A stretch of 56,986 bases of DNA, the filler included, from Basidioascus undulatus (taxonomy: Eukaryota): the NCBI GenBank assembly GCA_000826855.1. It is 4 parts of 4 records of this genome, joined end to end, with 100 filler letters (N's around TTAATTAATTAA, not from the genome) between each part and the next. Parts side by side here need not be neighbours in the genome. Positions count along the whole stretch, not along the records: positions 28,576 to 42,742 come from JTLS01000755.1; positions 42,843 to 56,986 come from JTLS01000756.1; 2 more parts are not named here. One strand, written 5' to 3'. Numbering within the stretch: position 1 is the first letter of the stretch; each line of letters opens with the position of its first letter. Shown here piece after piece: positions 39,164 through 50,319 of the stretch. The position numbers and the translations under genes are program-made. The notes below the pieces were generated by a model, which did no database searches, was not told the origin of the DNA, and saw nothing but the letters and a program-made list of their open reading frames with translations.

Positions 39164-39712
39164 GGATCCAAAGCTCACCTCCCACATCCGGAATAGTATC
39201 GCAATCTACATCGCCCTCGCGCACACAATGGCGAACAGCGACCCGACCGCTTCTGGACGTGCGGGTATGGCCATGATCTTCATGTGGGTATTTCCGATGC
39301 CTTCGACAACAACCTTGACAGATTTGCGTATGCCATAGCGATTACACAGCCCACTTGGGCAGACGCGGAGGAGATGGTTCCGAACTCAACGCAGGTACGT
39401 TGCTTGACACACAACGCGTAACGTTTCCCGGCCATTTGCCATTCACAATGCTCACCTCATTTGCGTGTAGTTTCGTATTCCGGACTGCGAAAGGCCTGTC
39501 AGCGAATGAGCGGGGTGGGGAAACAGAAGCCGTGCATACAGAAACCGAGGATGGCGGCGACTTGGTAGGAGATCTGGACGTCCGGATCTTTTCACTTGGT
39601 CTGCCATCCGCGTTTGCTTCTCGAACGCACCTCGTAAGCTCCGATCAGGATGCCCTCGGATGGCGGGCGGGGAGATTTCGGCCAGATAGAGAGGGGAAAT
39701 CACTGAAAGCAA
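39164..39712. pseudogene. Rearranged fragments of a sugar-porter (MFS) gene on both strands
   Basis: Minus strand 39653-39712 LSVISPLYLAEISPPAIRG (sugar-porter signature). Plus strand GRAGMAMIFM, PTWADAEEMVPNS and FVFRTAKGLS resemble decayed C-terminal-half motifs. Confidence 0.55.
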
Positions 39713-41031
39713 CGCTCGTCAAGCTCCGAGTAATGAGAAAATGAAGGACGCTGCCCACAGGTGATCAAGCCGGTGTGAAGTCCAACAATGACCTGCCCAG
39801 CATACAACAGACCGATGGCCGCCTCGTCATGGCGATGATGGTCAGAATGGCCCCTACCGTGGCCAGGGTGGTTGCAAGAAGCATGGCTGGCTTGCACCGC
39901 AGGAGGTTGAGGGGCACCGCCGACTGCTCACTTTAGGGCACTCCGTGCCGTGGGCCGGGGTCGTGGTGTACCTAGTGCATATGTAGTTTCGTAGCAGTGC
40001 TTTGACGGTGGTCCTCAACGAGTGGACCGACGTCAGTCAGTTGTTTTGAAGAGCTCACAATAATCATTCATACGGTGAGTGATTTACCTTGGCTTTCCTG
40101 TGAACCCCCCACGCGCACAGGCAGTTACTTGCAGTTACACCAGCATCGACGTCAGCAGCGGATCAGCGGCTGTTCTGTCGAGCGAGCGCTTATCGCGCTT
40201 GTCTGGCTTGCTGGGCCTTCTCCTACAAGACTTATCCATGCCCAAAAGTCGAATTCGAGGAGCTATCTCACGGGTTTATGTGAATTATGCCAACCACACT
40301 CCAACCGGTTGTCTAGGCTGTGCAGCTCTGGCGAAGCAAGGTCCTGGCACCTGCGTTGGTCCTGCGATTCACCAAAGCGTCCGCCGTGATCATCATCCTG
40401 TCCGAGTCCGCTTTTCAAGGCTCGATGGGAGTCTAAAATGTAACCTTGCAAGAAATGTTTGTCCAGGCAAGGTTGTTGCGGTTCCTTTCTTGTTCATGGG
40501 GAGCGCGGGAAATGTCTTTCAGATCCAGTTGCTAGTTTGCTCCGCAGCGGGGACAGACGAAGTGACCAAGAGATGTGGCTCTTCCGATTCTCTGGGTGAT
40601 ATAGCTTTTGAATCCTCTGTCGAATTTTCCGAAGTTCAAGGTGTTGCGCAGGCTCCCAGTCCATCCGAAGAACTGAGGCGACCCATGTCTCTCGTTTGAC
40701 TTGAGGCTTCCATAAACCTCTCTGGCTGTCATCGTATCCAAGGAAATACTTGGAGTGGATGAATCTACTTGTTGAAAGAAGAATTGTAATCTCTTTACAT
40801 GACTTGATGAACAGTACACTGCACCAAGGGTCCGCACGGCTGTGACAGGCTCAAGCTCGGACGCAGAAGCGCGAAGCTCATAATTATGTAGTCGTTGGCA
40901 GATACCCCTCTGAGGAAAACCTATAGAGAGGAATACTCCAGGCCTGGTTAGTAAGGAAAGGTGTTTGTAGCTCCCAGGCGAGGCGAAGATGGTCGGAGCC
41001 TCTGAGTGGCACCGGGCTGGCAAATGGCGTT

Positions 41032-41055
41032 CGCGTCGCGACGCGCGGGACGCGT
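41032..41055. promoter_or_regulatory. CGCG-rich promoter element: 14-bp palindrome CGCGTCGCGACGCG plus ACGCGT (MCB-like)
   Basis: Palindrome at 41032-41045 and ACGCGT at 41050-41055, 36-59 bp upstream of ATG 41091. Function inferred. Confidence 0.45.
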
Positions 41056-41090
41056 TTGACTTCGGACGTTCATCTCATCTGCGACTGTAC

Positions 41091-42345
41091 ATGGCCGACG
41101 AACGCAAGATTGTGCTGGGTCTGTGAGTCAAACTTTTCATAACACGCGCCCAAACGTCCCTGAATTGCTGCACGCAGAAATTCCATCAACGCTGCAGGCC
41201 TTCGCAAGGTCTGCCGCGGGCTGGGACTCGGCGGGGGAGGAACCAGGCCGGAGCTTGTGAAGCGGTTGCGGCAGTATGCACCGTGAGTTCTCCCTGTTTT
41301 CACACATCCGAGATTGTACACATCGTTATCAATGGGTCTATTACTGAGAACGAGGGCTGCGCGGCACAGGCAACTCTGCATCATCTGCTACGCGACGGGC
41401 GTGCCCCTCCCCACCGCCGAAACACCATCTCCTCCTCGCACCGCAGTTCCACGTACCCCTCCTCCTCGACATTCTACTCCCCAACATACTCCCCGCGAAC
41501 CTCGCCCCTATGCGGCTACTCCTCCCCCGGACACTGCCTACGCCAATCCGAGCACGCCGTCCCGCAAGGCGACCAAGTCACTCCTCGAGGAACTCTATGA
41601 GCGCGCTCGTCAGGAGGCGCGCGATGAGTGCGAGCGCGAAAAAGCCGCGGAGGAGATGCTGAAGCAAGAACAGGAGCGCCGAGCGCGGGCGGCGCGAGCG
41701 CAAGCCGCGGAGGAGGCGAAACGGCGGATGCGGGAGGAGGAGGAACGCTGGAAGAAGGCGGAAGAGGCGGGGCGTCGCGCTCGGGAGAAAGAGGAGGAGA
41801 AGCGCAGAAAGCGGGAAGAGGGGTCAAAGCGCAAGGCCGAGGAGGAGTGGCGGAAGCGGCAGGACGAGCGGCGTACGAGGGACAAGGCGGGCACGGACCC
41901 GGACGCGAGCACGAGCAGGCCCACCGACGCCGACAGCCGTAAGCTCTCGAAGGCCAAGGTGCTCCGCGCTGCCGATGTGGACGGCGAGCTCCGCGACATG
42001 GTCAAGTCCCACGAGCGGCGATGGGCCAAGTTCCGATCGGCAGCGACAGCCCCGGCGGACGCTCGGCTCGTCAGGTTCAAGGACTTCCCGTTCCCGACTT
42101 TCAAGACCGCGAAGGAGGCCTCGAGCACGTGGGTCGCGCCATCTGCGGTACGCGAGTACCTGCTCTTCGCGCGGATGAAGAAGGACGCGACGTGGCGGGG
42201 CGTCGTGCGCGAGGCGATCAGGGAGTTCCATCCGGACCGGATAGGCAGGCTGCTGGGCTGGGTGGTCGATGGCGATCATGATCGGGTCAGGCTGGCGGCC
42301 GTCGAGGTTACGAAGAGTTTGAATGAGCTGCTGGCCGAGATTTGA
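41091..42345 (+). CDS. SAP-domain + charged helix + HPD (NFKBIL1/J-domain-like C-terminal module) protein, 3 exons, 370 aa
   Basis: Exons 41091-41122, 41178-41282 and 41370-42345 (GTGAGT donors, CAG acceptors) total 1113 nt in frame. Exon 2 gives NAAGLRKVCRGLGLGGGGTRPELVKRLRQY (SAP pattern); C-terminus FKDFPFP..VREAIREFHPDR..VTKSLNELL. Confidence 0.8.
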
Positions 42346-42742
42346 AACGGTCGGGGCGTTGAAGGTGCGTTGCTCCAGCCTCTCCACTGAAAGAATCTCA
42401 CCGACTGACACATCGTCCAATCCCGCTCAGATACCTGAGCCTCTTATTTACATGGACTTGCATGCATCGTTCGCCTTCTTGCGGGATGACCGCTCGATCT
42501 TGAGGTTTTGCGCGCTGCACGGTGCATGCAGCGCACTGGCACTGAATGTGTATTTGAGTGGACAGCACGGTAGTCCGAGTGGAATCCGGTCTGGACGGCT
42601 ACCCTTCCGGATAGTAAATGGATGGAAAGGTTCTCCCGGCAGTGCATTATTTTTATGGGGGTTCATCCTCGTGCAAGCTGCCATGCGGCAAGCCCGCAAC
42701 GAGCGTCTTCAAAGCGCCTTTACGAATGGAAGACTTCCTATT

Positions 42743-42842
42743 NNNNNNNNNNNNNNNNNNNNNNNNNNNNNNNNNNNNNNNNNNNNTTAATTAATTAANN
42801 NNNNNNNNNNNNNNNNNNNNNNNNNNNNNNNNNNNNNNNNNN
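42743..42842. other. Artificial contig linker (44 N + TTAATTAATTAA + 44 N)
   Basis: Same 100-nt spacer. Confidence 0.97.
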
Positions 42843-42924
42843 TGAGCGTGACCGAGTAGAGCGAGAGAAGCTTGACCAGGCTGTGGACCGTCCGGCCGTT
42901 CTTCAGGTCGCCCACGAGCGTGAT
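42843..42924 (-). pseudogene. URA2: Isolated fragment of the aspartate transcarbamylase domain of URA2/CAD
   Basis: [27 protein letters not shown] contains the ATCase GDLKxGRTVHSL signature. It runs off the contig end; upstream sequence is not ATCase-like and has no AG acceptor at the junction. Confidence 0.75.
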
Positions 42925-43141
42925 GGCAGGATGATAAAGGGCATTCATCAATGTGGATGAGGATGATTTGGAGGTCAAAAGCGAGAACAGCGGCAACGCC
43001 GTCGAACAGCCTGCCGGTGGCCTGTATATACTGCGGCTGCAGTGCAGCCGAGCGAGACGCAGCCATGTACTTCTCCGAGTCCCACGCATCGATGTAAACA
43101 TTTGCTTAAGAAACGGGGTCGACCTTCTGCCATAGCTTGAA

Positions 43142-43247
43142 CCACTGCCTGGGTGACCGTCCGCCACTGCCTGAGCGACCGTCCGCCGTTGCCGACAGTC
43201 TGCCGACTAGCCGTCCGCCGCTGTTTACGCGACCGCCCGCCACAGCC
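43142..43247. repeat. Degenerate 22-bp tandem repeat, about 4 units
   Basis: CCACTGCCTGGGTGACCGTCCG (43142), CCACTGCCTGAGCGACCGTCCG (43164), a longer variant ending GCCGTCCG (43186-43217), CCGCTGTTTACGCGACCGCCCG (43218). Confidence 0.75.
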
Positions 43248-43588
43248 AGGCGTTGCAGAAGTGGCATGCACCCAAAGCTCCAGAAGAATGGCCCTTTTTG
43301 CCTTGGGTCCTATCCTACTACTCGAGCTTTTCTATCAAGCGCTAGACGACTGTTGTTCCCAAGTGCTGAGGAGATCACGCAGCATGCATGCGACCCGACA
43401 AGGCGTGCAGTCAAGGTCCCTACTCAGCGATGAGGAAGCATGTATCATATTTTTAGGCACTAGTCTAGCAGGTGTCTTCGGATATCTATGATAAAGCACA
43501 GCAGCAAACCCCCATCTCGCCCTCGCGCAGAGCCGCCATGCACACCCATCCTCTCCCCTCGAGCCCGCACGGCACCGTCCCTCCCTTC

Positions 43589-45331
43589 CTAGCCTTCCTC
43601 CTCCTCCTCCAGCTCCCGAAGCACCTCATCGACAACGAATACGTCTGTCTCGCCAGAAATGGTTGAGCCCTTGTGGCAAGCAGCGGCATGCTTCCACCTG
43701 AAGACCCGCCAGGATTAGCCTTTCGCTGCGCAAGGCTGACCTGCGAAAAAGTGGGGGAAGGGGAACGTGCCAGTAGATCTCGGGAACCTTCAGTCGTAAC
43801 ATCTCCAATTAGTTCCCGTGGAGAGGGGAAAGAAGAGTGAGCCCCAGCGCACCTGCACCGCAACGTCCTTAACGCCCTCCACTTCGACCCACTTCAAGCA
43901 CCTGTCGCGCCGCAAGCTCACTTCAGAAACGGAGGACGGAGGGCTAAAGAATGGGTTCGGGGAAATGCACTTGTGGCACTGTCCTTCTTCCAGCTCGTGC
44001 TTCTCGTTCGCGTTCTTCGCCCGCCGCGCCTTGGTCCGGAACGCACGCGGCGGCGAGAAGGGCAGGTGGGTGAGCGGGGAGATGCCTATTGACCATGATG
44101 GTCAGACAACGAGTGAAGGAAATTTCAGCGAAGAAGGACAGACGGACCATGTGCGTACTGCAAGTGATAATCTTCATTCCAACGCGGTCGTCAGCTTAGG
44201 AACGAACTCGCAGCGAGAAGGCAGGAGACCACGCACTGTACGCAGACGTCTTCAGCGCCTTGATGACGACCTTCCCCTCTCCGCCGCGCTCCGTGGGCTC
44301 GGCGCACAACGGACAGACGCCGACTTTCGCCTTGCCGCTGCCCTTGACCCAGCGTGGCGTGTATAGGTCGCGCCGGTCGAGGAGGGGATTGGGCTCGACG
44401 TCGGGGAGTGGAGGACTGATGGAGGAGGTTTCAGCAGACGTGATGGACTTTGGGATAATCGAAGGAGAACGCACGACGTCGGGTCGGCGAGGGAGGGGAG
44501 CGGGAAGCGGTGGTAGAACGCGGGGAAGTGCGGGTTGATGGGCAGCGTGGATGGGAAGGTGCGGCGCATGGGCGGGGGTTGGGGAGCGGGCGAGGGGATC
44601 GGTGGAGGAGAAGAGTCGCCTGGAAGGGTGAGCGGCGACGTGGGTAGTGCGAGCGAGAGGGTGCGCGAGGGAGAGTGGTTGAAGCCGTCGGCAAGCTCGT
44701 CCTCGTCGCTGGACTGGGACGAGGGGATGTAGATGTCGCCTCCCCTTTCAGCAAGCGGGCCGGACTCCTCGGGACCATAAGAATCGGTGAAATCCGGGTC
44801 CTCGAGCCTCGGGCGTTTGCGAGTCAGTGACGCGAGGCGGTGAGGCGGGCGAAGTGCCGGCGGGGAGATGGGCGGGCTAAGCGGCGGCTCGAGGAAGTTG
44901 ATCGAGGTTGGGCGTTCGGGACGCGAGAGTCTGCGCATGTTTCCGCTGCTCGCGGGCCACACGATGTTCGTAGGCGGCGACGGGAAGGGTGCGGAGGCGG
45001 GAGTGGGTGTGGAAGAGCGGGTGGGGAGGGACGAAGAGGTGTAGAAGGCGATGCCCGGCTGCAGATGGAGGATGAACCAGGGTCTCTATCACGTCAAAAG
45101 GCAAGACATTTGAGTCCGGAAGCATACCGAGGAAGAAAGCAGGTTCAGACGGAGCCTTGACCCCCGCCGGCCGGGCGAAGGGGAAGGGGCGTCGGAGCGC
45201 CTTAGGTCGAACGCAGGGATCTCATCTGAGTCGTCGTCGGTGTCCTCAGAGCCGATCGGCGTACGAGCGTACGATACATCCCGCTTCCTGCCCGTAGAGA
45301 AGGGCGTCGGGGAGGAGGAGCTTGAGTACAT
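43589..45331 (-). CDS. Rua1/Meu26-like transcription regulator (DUF4451 / Rua1_C domain)
   Basis: DLYTPRWVKGSGKAKVGVCPLC...LKTSAY / NYHLQYAH / GISPLTHLPFSPP...EGQCHK / CLKWVEVEGVK.. / VPEIYW / WKHAAACH, after a Ser/Pro-rich N-terminus; ends ELEEEEEG*. Confidence 0.85.
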
Positions 45332-45992
45332 GGCTAGAAAGTGACGGGGGTGAGCAAAGGACGTGTCCGGTACGCGTCGGAACGAATGAGCGTTGATCTA
45401 GTGACGCACCGGCTGTATGTATTTCGTCGGAGCAGCCGAGGAACCCCTAGATTGCCCTGCACAGGTGTATTTCTGGGAGACTACGGAAGACAGCGGCGTT
45501 GAAGTTCTGGGGAGGAGGACGTGTTCGGAAGGAAAGGTAGTCGCGTGAAAACGAGTCAATTGAAAAGCCGCTCGGATTCAACAGTACCGTCATCGCGTCA
45601 AACAGCCTCACAGTGCTTGGAAAGGTTACAAATGAAGAAAATGAAATGTTCTCAAACGTTTTGGATGCCGGTCAGAAACTGGAAGTCACAAAGGTCAAAT
45701 GAAACTGAGTCTGCAGTCGAGGTCTGATTTTGGTACAGAACGTAGCCATCATAGACTGCTACTGATATACTCTTCCTTGAGAAAAAAACGAAATATAAGG
45801 TCCTTGTTTATTGCTTCCCAGACTTGGGCATCACAGACTTTCGTTCACGCAAGTCGCTGCATGGATCCGACGCAAAGTGTGTTTCTACTGCGACGTTCTC
45901 AGACACCCCCAGAAATCTCCAGAACGCCCATTCACTGAAAGTACCAAAAGTCAAAGTCCTTTGTTTTCAATCATTGTCCTCTTCCGCTTGCC

Positions 45993-47936
45993 TCAGTAAG
46001 GGTAGTTGAACGGCCCCTTGTCCTCGGGTGTAACCCCGGCGGCAACCTGCTTTGCGTGCTCGGCGTCGAGCCACGGCAAGAGAACGGCGTGGTAGAGCTC
46101 GCCGTTCTTGTGCCTTAGTTCACAGAGAAGGGACGTCATCAGCGGGAGTCTACGGCAATCCAGGAATCGAGAGCACAGAGTTTACTTGTATACGTCCCCC
46201 TTCCAGCTTCGCAGTGTGCTGGCCAGACGACCTGGGACGCCGGGCTCCTCGATCATGCTTGCGACCGGGTCTGAAAATGTGGAGCACGCCCAGCATCCTA
46301 GCCCGAAAGTGTAGAATCAGAGACTTACCGAGGTAGCTGTGCACGGTGAAGATCACGCCGCCCGTGATGGGCAAGCGACGGAGGCCCTGGCGCTCCTGAC
46401 GAATGTAGATGTCGCGCTGCGGGTTGGTCGTAGGCTTGGGCGGCTCAAACGTCTTGCCTACGAGGGAGTTCTTGTTCGGACCCTTGAGGAGCTGGTCGAA
46501 GTGGTCCTCCGGTCCCTTCGTGAAGGTCGCCCACTGCGATGGTGCACTCGAAGTTTAGCGAAACGGTCAGACGGCCGAAAACAGACGAAATCGCGCACCG
46601 CCAACTCGTTGCATTGCACAAAGGTATAGTCTGGGTTATAGCTGGTCAGGAATCACTTTCATGAATAGCGAAGACCAAATGTCTCTCACTGTTGCGAAGG
46701 ACAGCCTTGTCGGGCCGAATCCGCTGGTGGAAGCGAGTCATAGAGAGGTCGAGCTTGCTCATGTCTGCGGTAACATGCAGAAACGCCAGTTAGAATCTCG
46801 TACGAATCGATAACCGGTGAGGATGAAAAGAATGGACATTCGGGGACCTCGCCGCTGGTGTGGATGTAACGAAGATCACGCCCGACTAGAATCGAGCGTC
46901 AGCATTGAAGCGAGCAATGAGAGACACAGAGGAAGACACACTCTTGTCCTCCAGACGCCAGGAACCAGCAAGAGCGATGAAACCGGCTTGCATGTAGTAC
47001 TGCAGAACAAGTCGGGTCAGCGGCGATTCCAGACTTTCAGGAGCTTCGTCAACAGCTTACCAAGGAGTCCTCGCCCTCCATCATGATCGCCATATCGTCC
47101 TGCACAAGCATGCCCGCCACATACAGCGGGTCCTCCTTGTCGAGGTCATAGGTGACCCCTAACTCAGGGAGAGCGATGGACCGGATCTCGTTAGGGCCGA
47201 ACCACCATTGCTCGTTCGGCCCACGCCGCGTGATGTTAAACACTTGGGGGTAACGCGCAGCCTGGAACTCGGCGACCGCGAGGCACAACTCGCGCACTGC
47301 GTCGCGTGCGGGCGGGAGGGTACGGCAGACGCGCTCGCCCCGTTCAGCGACACGCTTGGCGCGGGTGGAGTGGTAGACCGGGAAAAGGTTGTCGAGCTGG
47401 ATAAGTGGATGTGAGAAGACCTGCGTGACGAGCGATAGCTGTCGAGAAGAAAACTTGCCTCGAACCATTCGCTCCAAGGCATGTTGCGGATGCCCATGGT
47501 CGTAAGGTGCTGGTACCTGAAGCCGCGATAGGGAAGCTGAGCATTTGGGATAAGACGTTCAGTATATGCGGCTAGGTCAAAGGGGGAGAGTTGGGACGCA
47601 CCGGCGGCGTCTTCTTCAAGTCAAAGTCGGTCCAAGGCTCGACCTCGGGGTACTTCCAGTCGACCGGGACCCATTCTGTTTCGACCACAGCATCGGCGTC
47701 TTGAAGGAGGAAACACGACAAGAGCTCTACTCACTTCCCCACTTCCTTCCATCAATCCCATCGCCCTCACCCGCCGCAGAGTGCTTCTTGACGGGCACGG
47801 GTGCAGAAAGCGGCTTCGCTAGGCCAAAGCGGAGAGCGCCTTGGTAGAGGACGTAGAGCACAGGAAGACTGCCAACCAGGAGAATGAACACGTCCGAGTA
47901 GCTTGCGCTGGATAACTGGAGCGGTGCGTGCGCCAT
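45993..47936 (-). CDS. DUF3445 / heme-dependent oxidative N-demethylase alpha-subunit-like protein with N-terminal TM segment
   Basis: N-terminal hydrophobic VFILLVGSLPVLYVLY; LPYRGFR, TMGIRNMPWSEWFE/LD, LVQDDMAIMMEG, GSWRLEDK/IG..YIHTSGEVP, RQERQGLRRLPITGGVIFTVHSY, EEPGVPGRLAS, ending FNYPY*. Confidence 0.88.
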
Positions 47937-48700
47937 GGCTGGAGCTGTTGAGGGAAGTCGAGGAGAGGTGGGTGTAGTCTCAGAAGGGTCGGCCAGATGC
48001 TCAATTATGTCCGTTGGTCGGGTGATATGATTTTCGTATACGTTGGAAGTAGATTCATCTCATCTGTCCGGTCGCCTGTTAGGCGACGCGCGGTAGCATC
48101 ATGCTTCACAGCGGCGCTTACGCGGGCAGCGCCGCATGTCACCCAGTGCAAGCGCCTTTAGGTAACGCAGCATCGCAGTTGCTCTTGATCACATGCACAG
48201 CTCTCCGGTATCCAGATACTCTGTACCAAAATAAATGTTTAGGTAAACGAGCGAAAAGCAGTAGCAGTACATACCGCAATCTTGTATCGCAGGTATCTGC
48301 ACCGGTCGCTTGAGCCAAAATTGCAAGTTTCTGACGAGTCCCAGGCGGTCGTGCATGCGAAATATGTTCTCACGGTCGATCAGATTGTTTCCTTTTCAAA
48401 TAACTGCTATATGAAAACCCGTAGTGCTGCATTGTGTCCCCCGGCTGCTTTGAAGTCAGCGAGTTCACGAAACATGAGGGGCGGCCTGTCTTCAAACAAC
48501 TGCGCTGCATTCTTCTCTGCTGATTCTAGTTAAATTCTACACACTTGAGATTCTTCCATAAGACAATTTTTTCCCCACATAATTTGGTATAAATGCGAAG
48601 GCTGTACATTCGATATGGAAAAGCTGTCCTGGAGCAGGTACTGGTTGATCGGTGTAGTTCAAGTGTGCTTCATACTGCGAGACTAGCCTCCACCATGCCC

Positions 48701-49198
48701 GATAAAGCTTCTATCTCCGATAAAAAAACGAATGAGGGCAGTGTCATTGGATTGGCGACGCCTGATTGGAGCCTGCTTTTACGTACGGAGTCGGTCGGCA
48801 CTATGACAGCGCCAAGCAGTTCACCTTCGTACGACGCGCCTTCGCCCAGTTATGCTGAATGAAATCTGGTGGCGATAAGACTGATAAGAGTCCATGGCTT
48901 ACCGAAGGTCGACAAATTGCTCAGGAATCATCAAAGTCAGGCCGTTCGTCGTGGGGAACAACCTGTCGAAGCGCCTCTGCCACTGCGCTTAGCGGCCGTC
49001 GCCTGAGCAACGTGGTGCCAGCCAGAGCCTTCCCTTATGACCTAGAGGAGGCTCCCAAGAATCGAACTCTTTATCTCAACGAAACGTATTGACGTAACCC
49101 CGTATTTTCCTTTCAGCATATATGGTTGCCAGCCAGAACGCAGCAGTGGCCACTCACCGTCTTCGCTGCCTCCCATCCGTCCTCTTCCTTTCGATAAG
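48701..49198. promoter_or_regulatory. Cluster of six GATAA sites (putative GATA-factor / nitrogen catabolite repression elements)
   Basis: GATAA at 48701, 48719, 48874, 48883 and 49193 (+) and TTATC at 49071; about 1 expected by chance in 500 bp at uniform composition. Confidence 0.5.
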
Positions 49199-49245
49199 TG
49201 ATCCCCCAGCGCATAAACATCAGCAGCAGCCAACTCGTTGCTACA

Positions 49246-49718
49246 ATGGCCCACTTCGGTGCAGACTATTCCGATCCCGACTCGAAGAAGAGCAGCGTGC
49301 AGGCAGTTGACAAGGTCGTTGCCGTTTCGGTCACAATCGACGAGGCGAACGCCATGGACAAGCAACGCGGCGAGGCGTATCAGCATGCGGGGACTCCGTT
49401 TGAGAAGCATACTCTGTGCATAACGTCTTCCGATCCCACTGCAAGATAGAATAAGAGATGCTGACATTCAGGTAACTGAATGCAGTCTCAAAATCGACCT
49501 GATGATCATCCCTCTTCTGGGCTTCCTTTACGGCTGTTCAATGTGTGTCTTTTTACCCTGCCCTTACAAACCGTGAACCTGACTCGACTGCAACCGACAG
49601 CATGGACCATTCCAACTTGCCTACTGCGCGACTTGTCAGGATGGACAAGGACCTCGTGCATCTTTTCGGTGTCGTAGCCATCCTTCTGCTGTTCTTCCTA
49701 CACTTCATTTCAGAGTAA
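49246..49718 (+). pseudogene. Truncated ACS-family MFS permease (TNA1/DAL5-like) relic
   Basis: Three exons splice in frame: MAHFGAD...FEKHTL / LKIDLMIIPLLGFLYGCS / MDHSNLPTARLVRMDKDL (family motif DRsNignAr..GM.kDL), then a stop about 20 codons later; the rest of the 12-TM protein is absent. Confidence 0.7.
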
Positions 49719-50319
49719 TGCCACGCAACGCCCGCATCCGCGTCTCCCGCCGCGGCGCTCTACCCAACGGCGCTGCCTATGAAGAATGCAGATACCGCAA
49801 AATGGTAAAAAACACCCTTACTCTTGAGGCTGTATCCCTTTATTTCGCTATCTTGGGACTGAAGACTGTCTCGGTTTACAGAAGTGCGATGCAGCGAAAC
49901 CAACCTGCGGTAACTGCCAGCGCTTTCGGAGGGCATGCGTGTATGGCTTGCCGGGCGGAAGAGTGGGGCGGTTGGAAGCCCAGGTGGGTAAGTCTGTATT
50001 CAAACCAGCCGGGAAGAGGTAGGCAGTTTGCTGAGTTCTTCGAACAGCGGCGCTTGAGCAGGAGCTGGAGGTAACGTTGAGCTTCAAGGACACCGTGGAC
50101 ACCGTACCGCACGATACAAGTAAGCGAGGATGGCACAATAAGAGTTTTCTTGGAGCTTTCGGGTTTAAGGGTTACTTTCCTTGCTCTGTAAGATAATCAG
50201 TTCCAGCTGGAGGGTTTCGTGAACCGGGCATGCTCCGGTCCGTGTGTTGAACGACATAATCTGGCGAGCTTCCATGTATCAGGTGAACTGACTCGTTTGC
50301 AATAAATTTCTATTATAGT

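Noticed and set aside
41070..41384. Minus-strand 104-aa ORF
   Set aside because: Overlaps the better-supported plus-strand SAP exons and introns.
43142..43247. Repeat array as a CRISPR array
   Set aside because: Tandem degenerate units with no unique spacers, no cas genes, eukaryotic context.
43589..47936. Rua1-like gene marking a glycolipid (ustilagic acid-type) biosynthetic cluster
   Set aside because: No FAS, P450, glycosyltransferase or acyltransferase genes on this contig.
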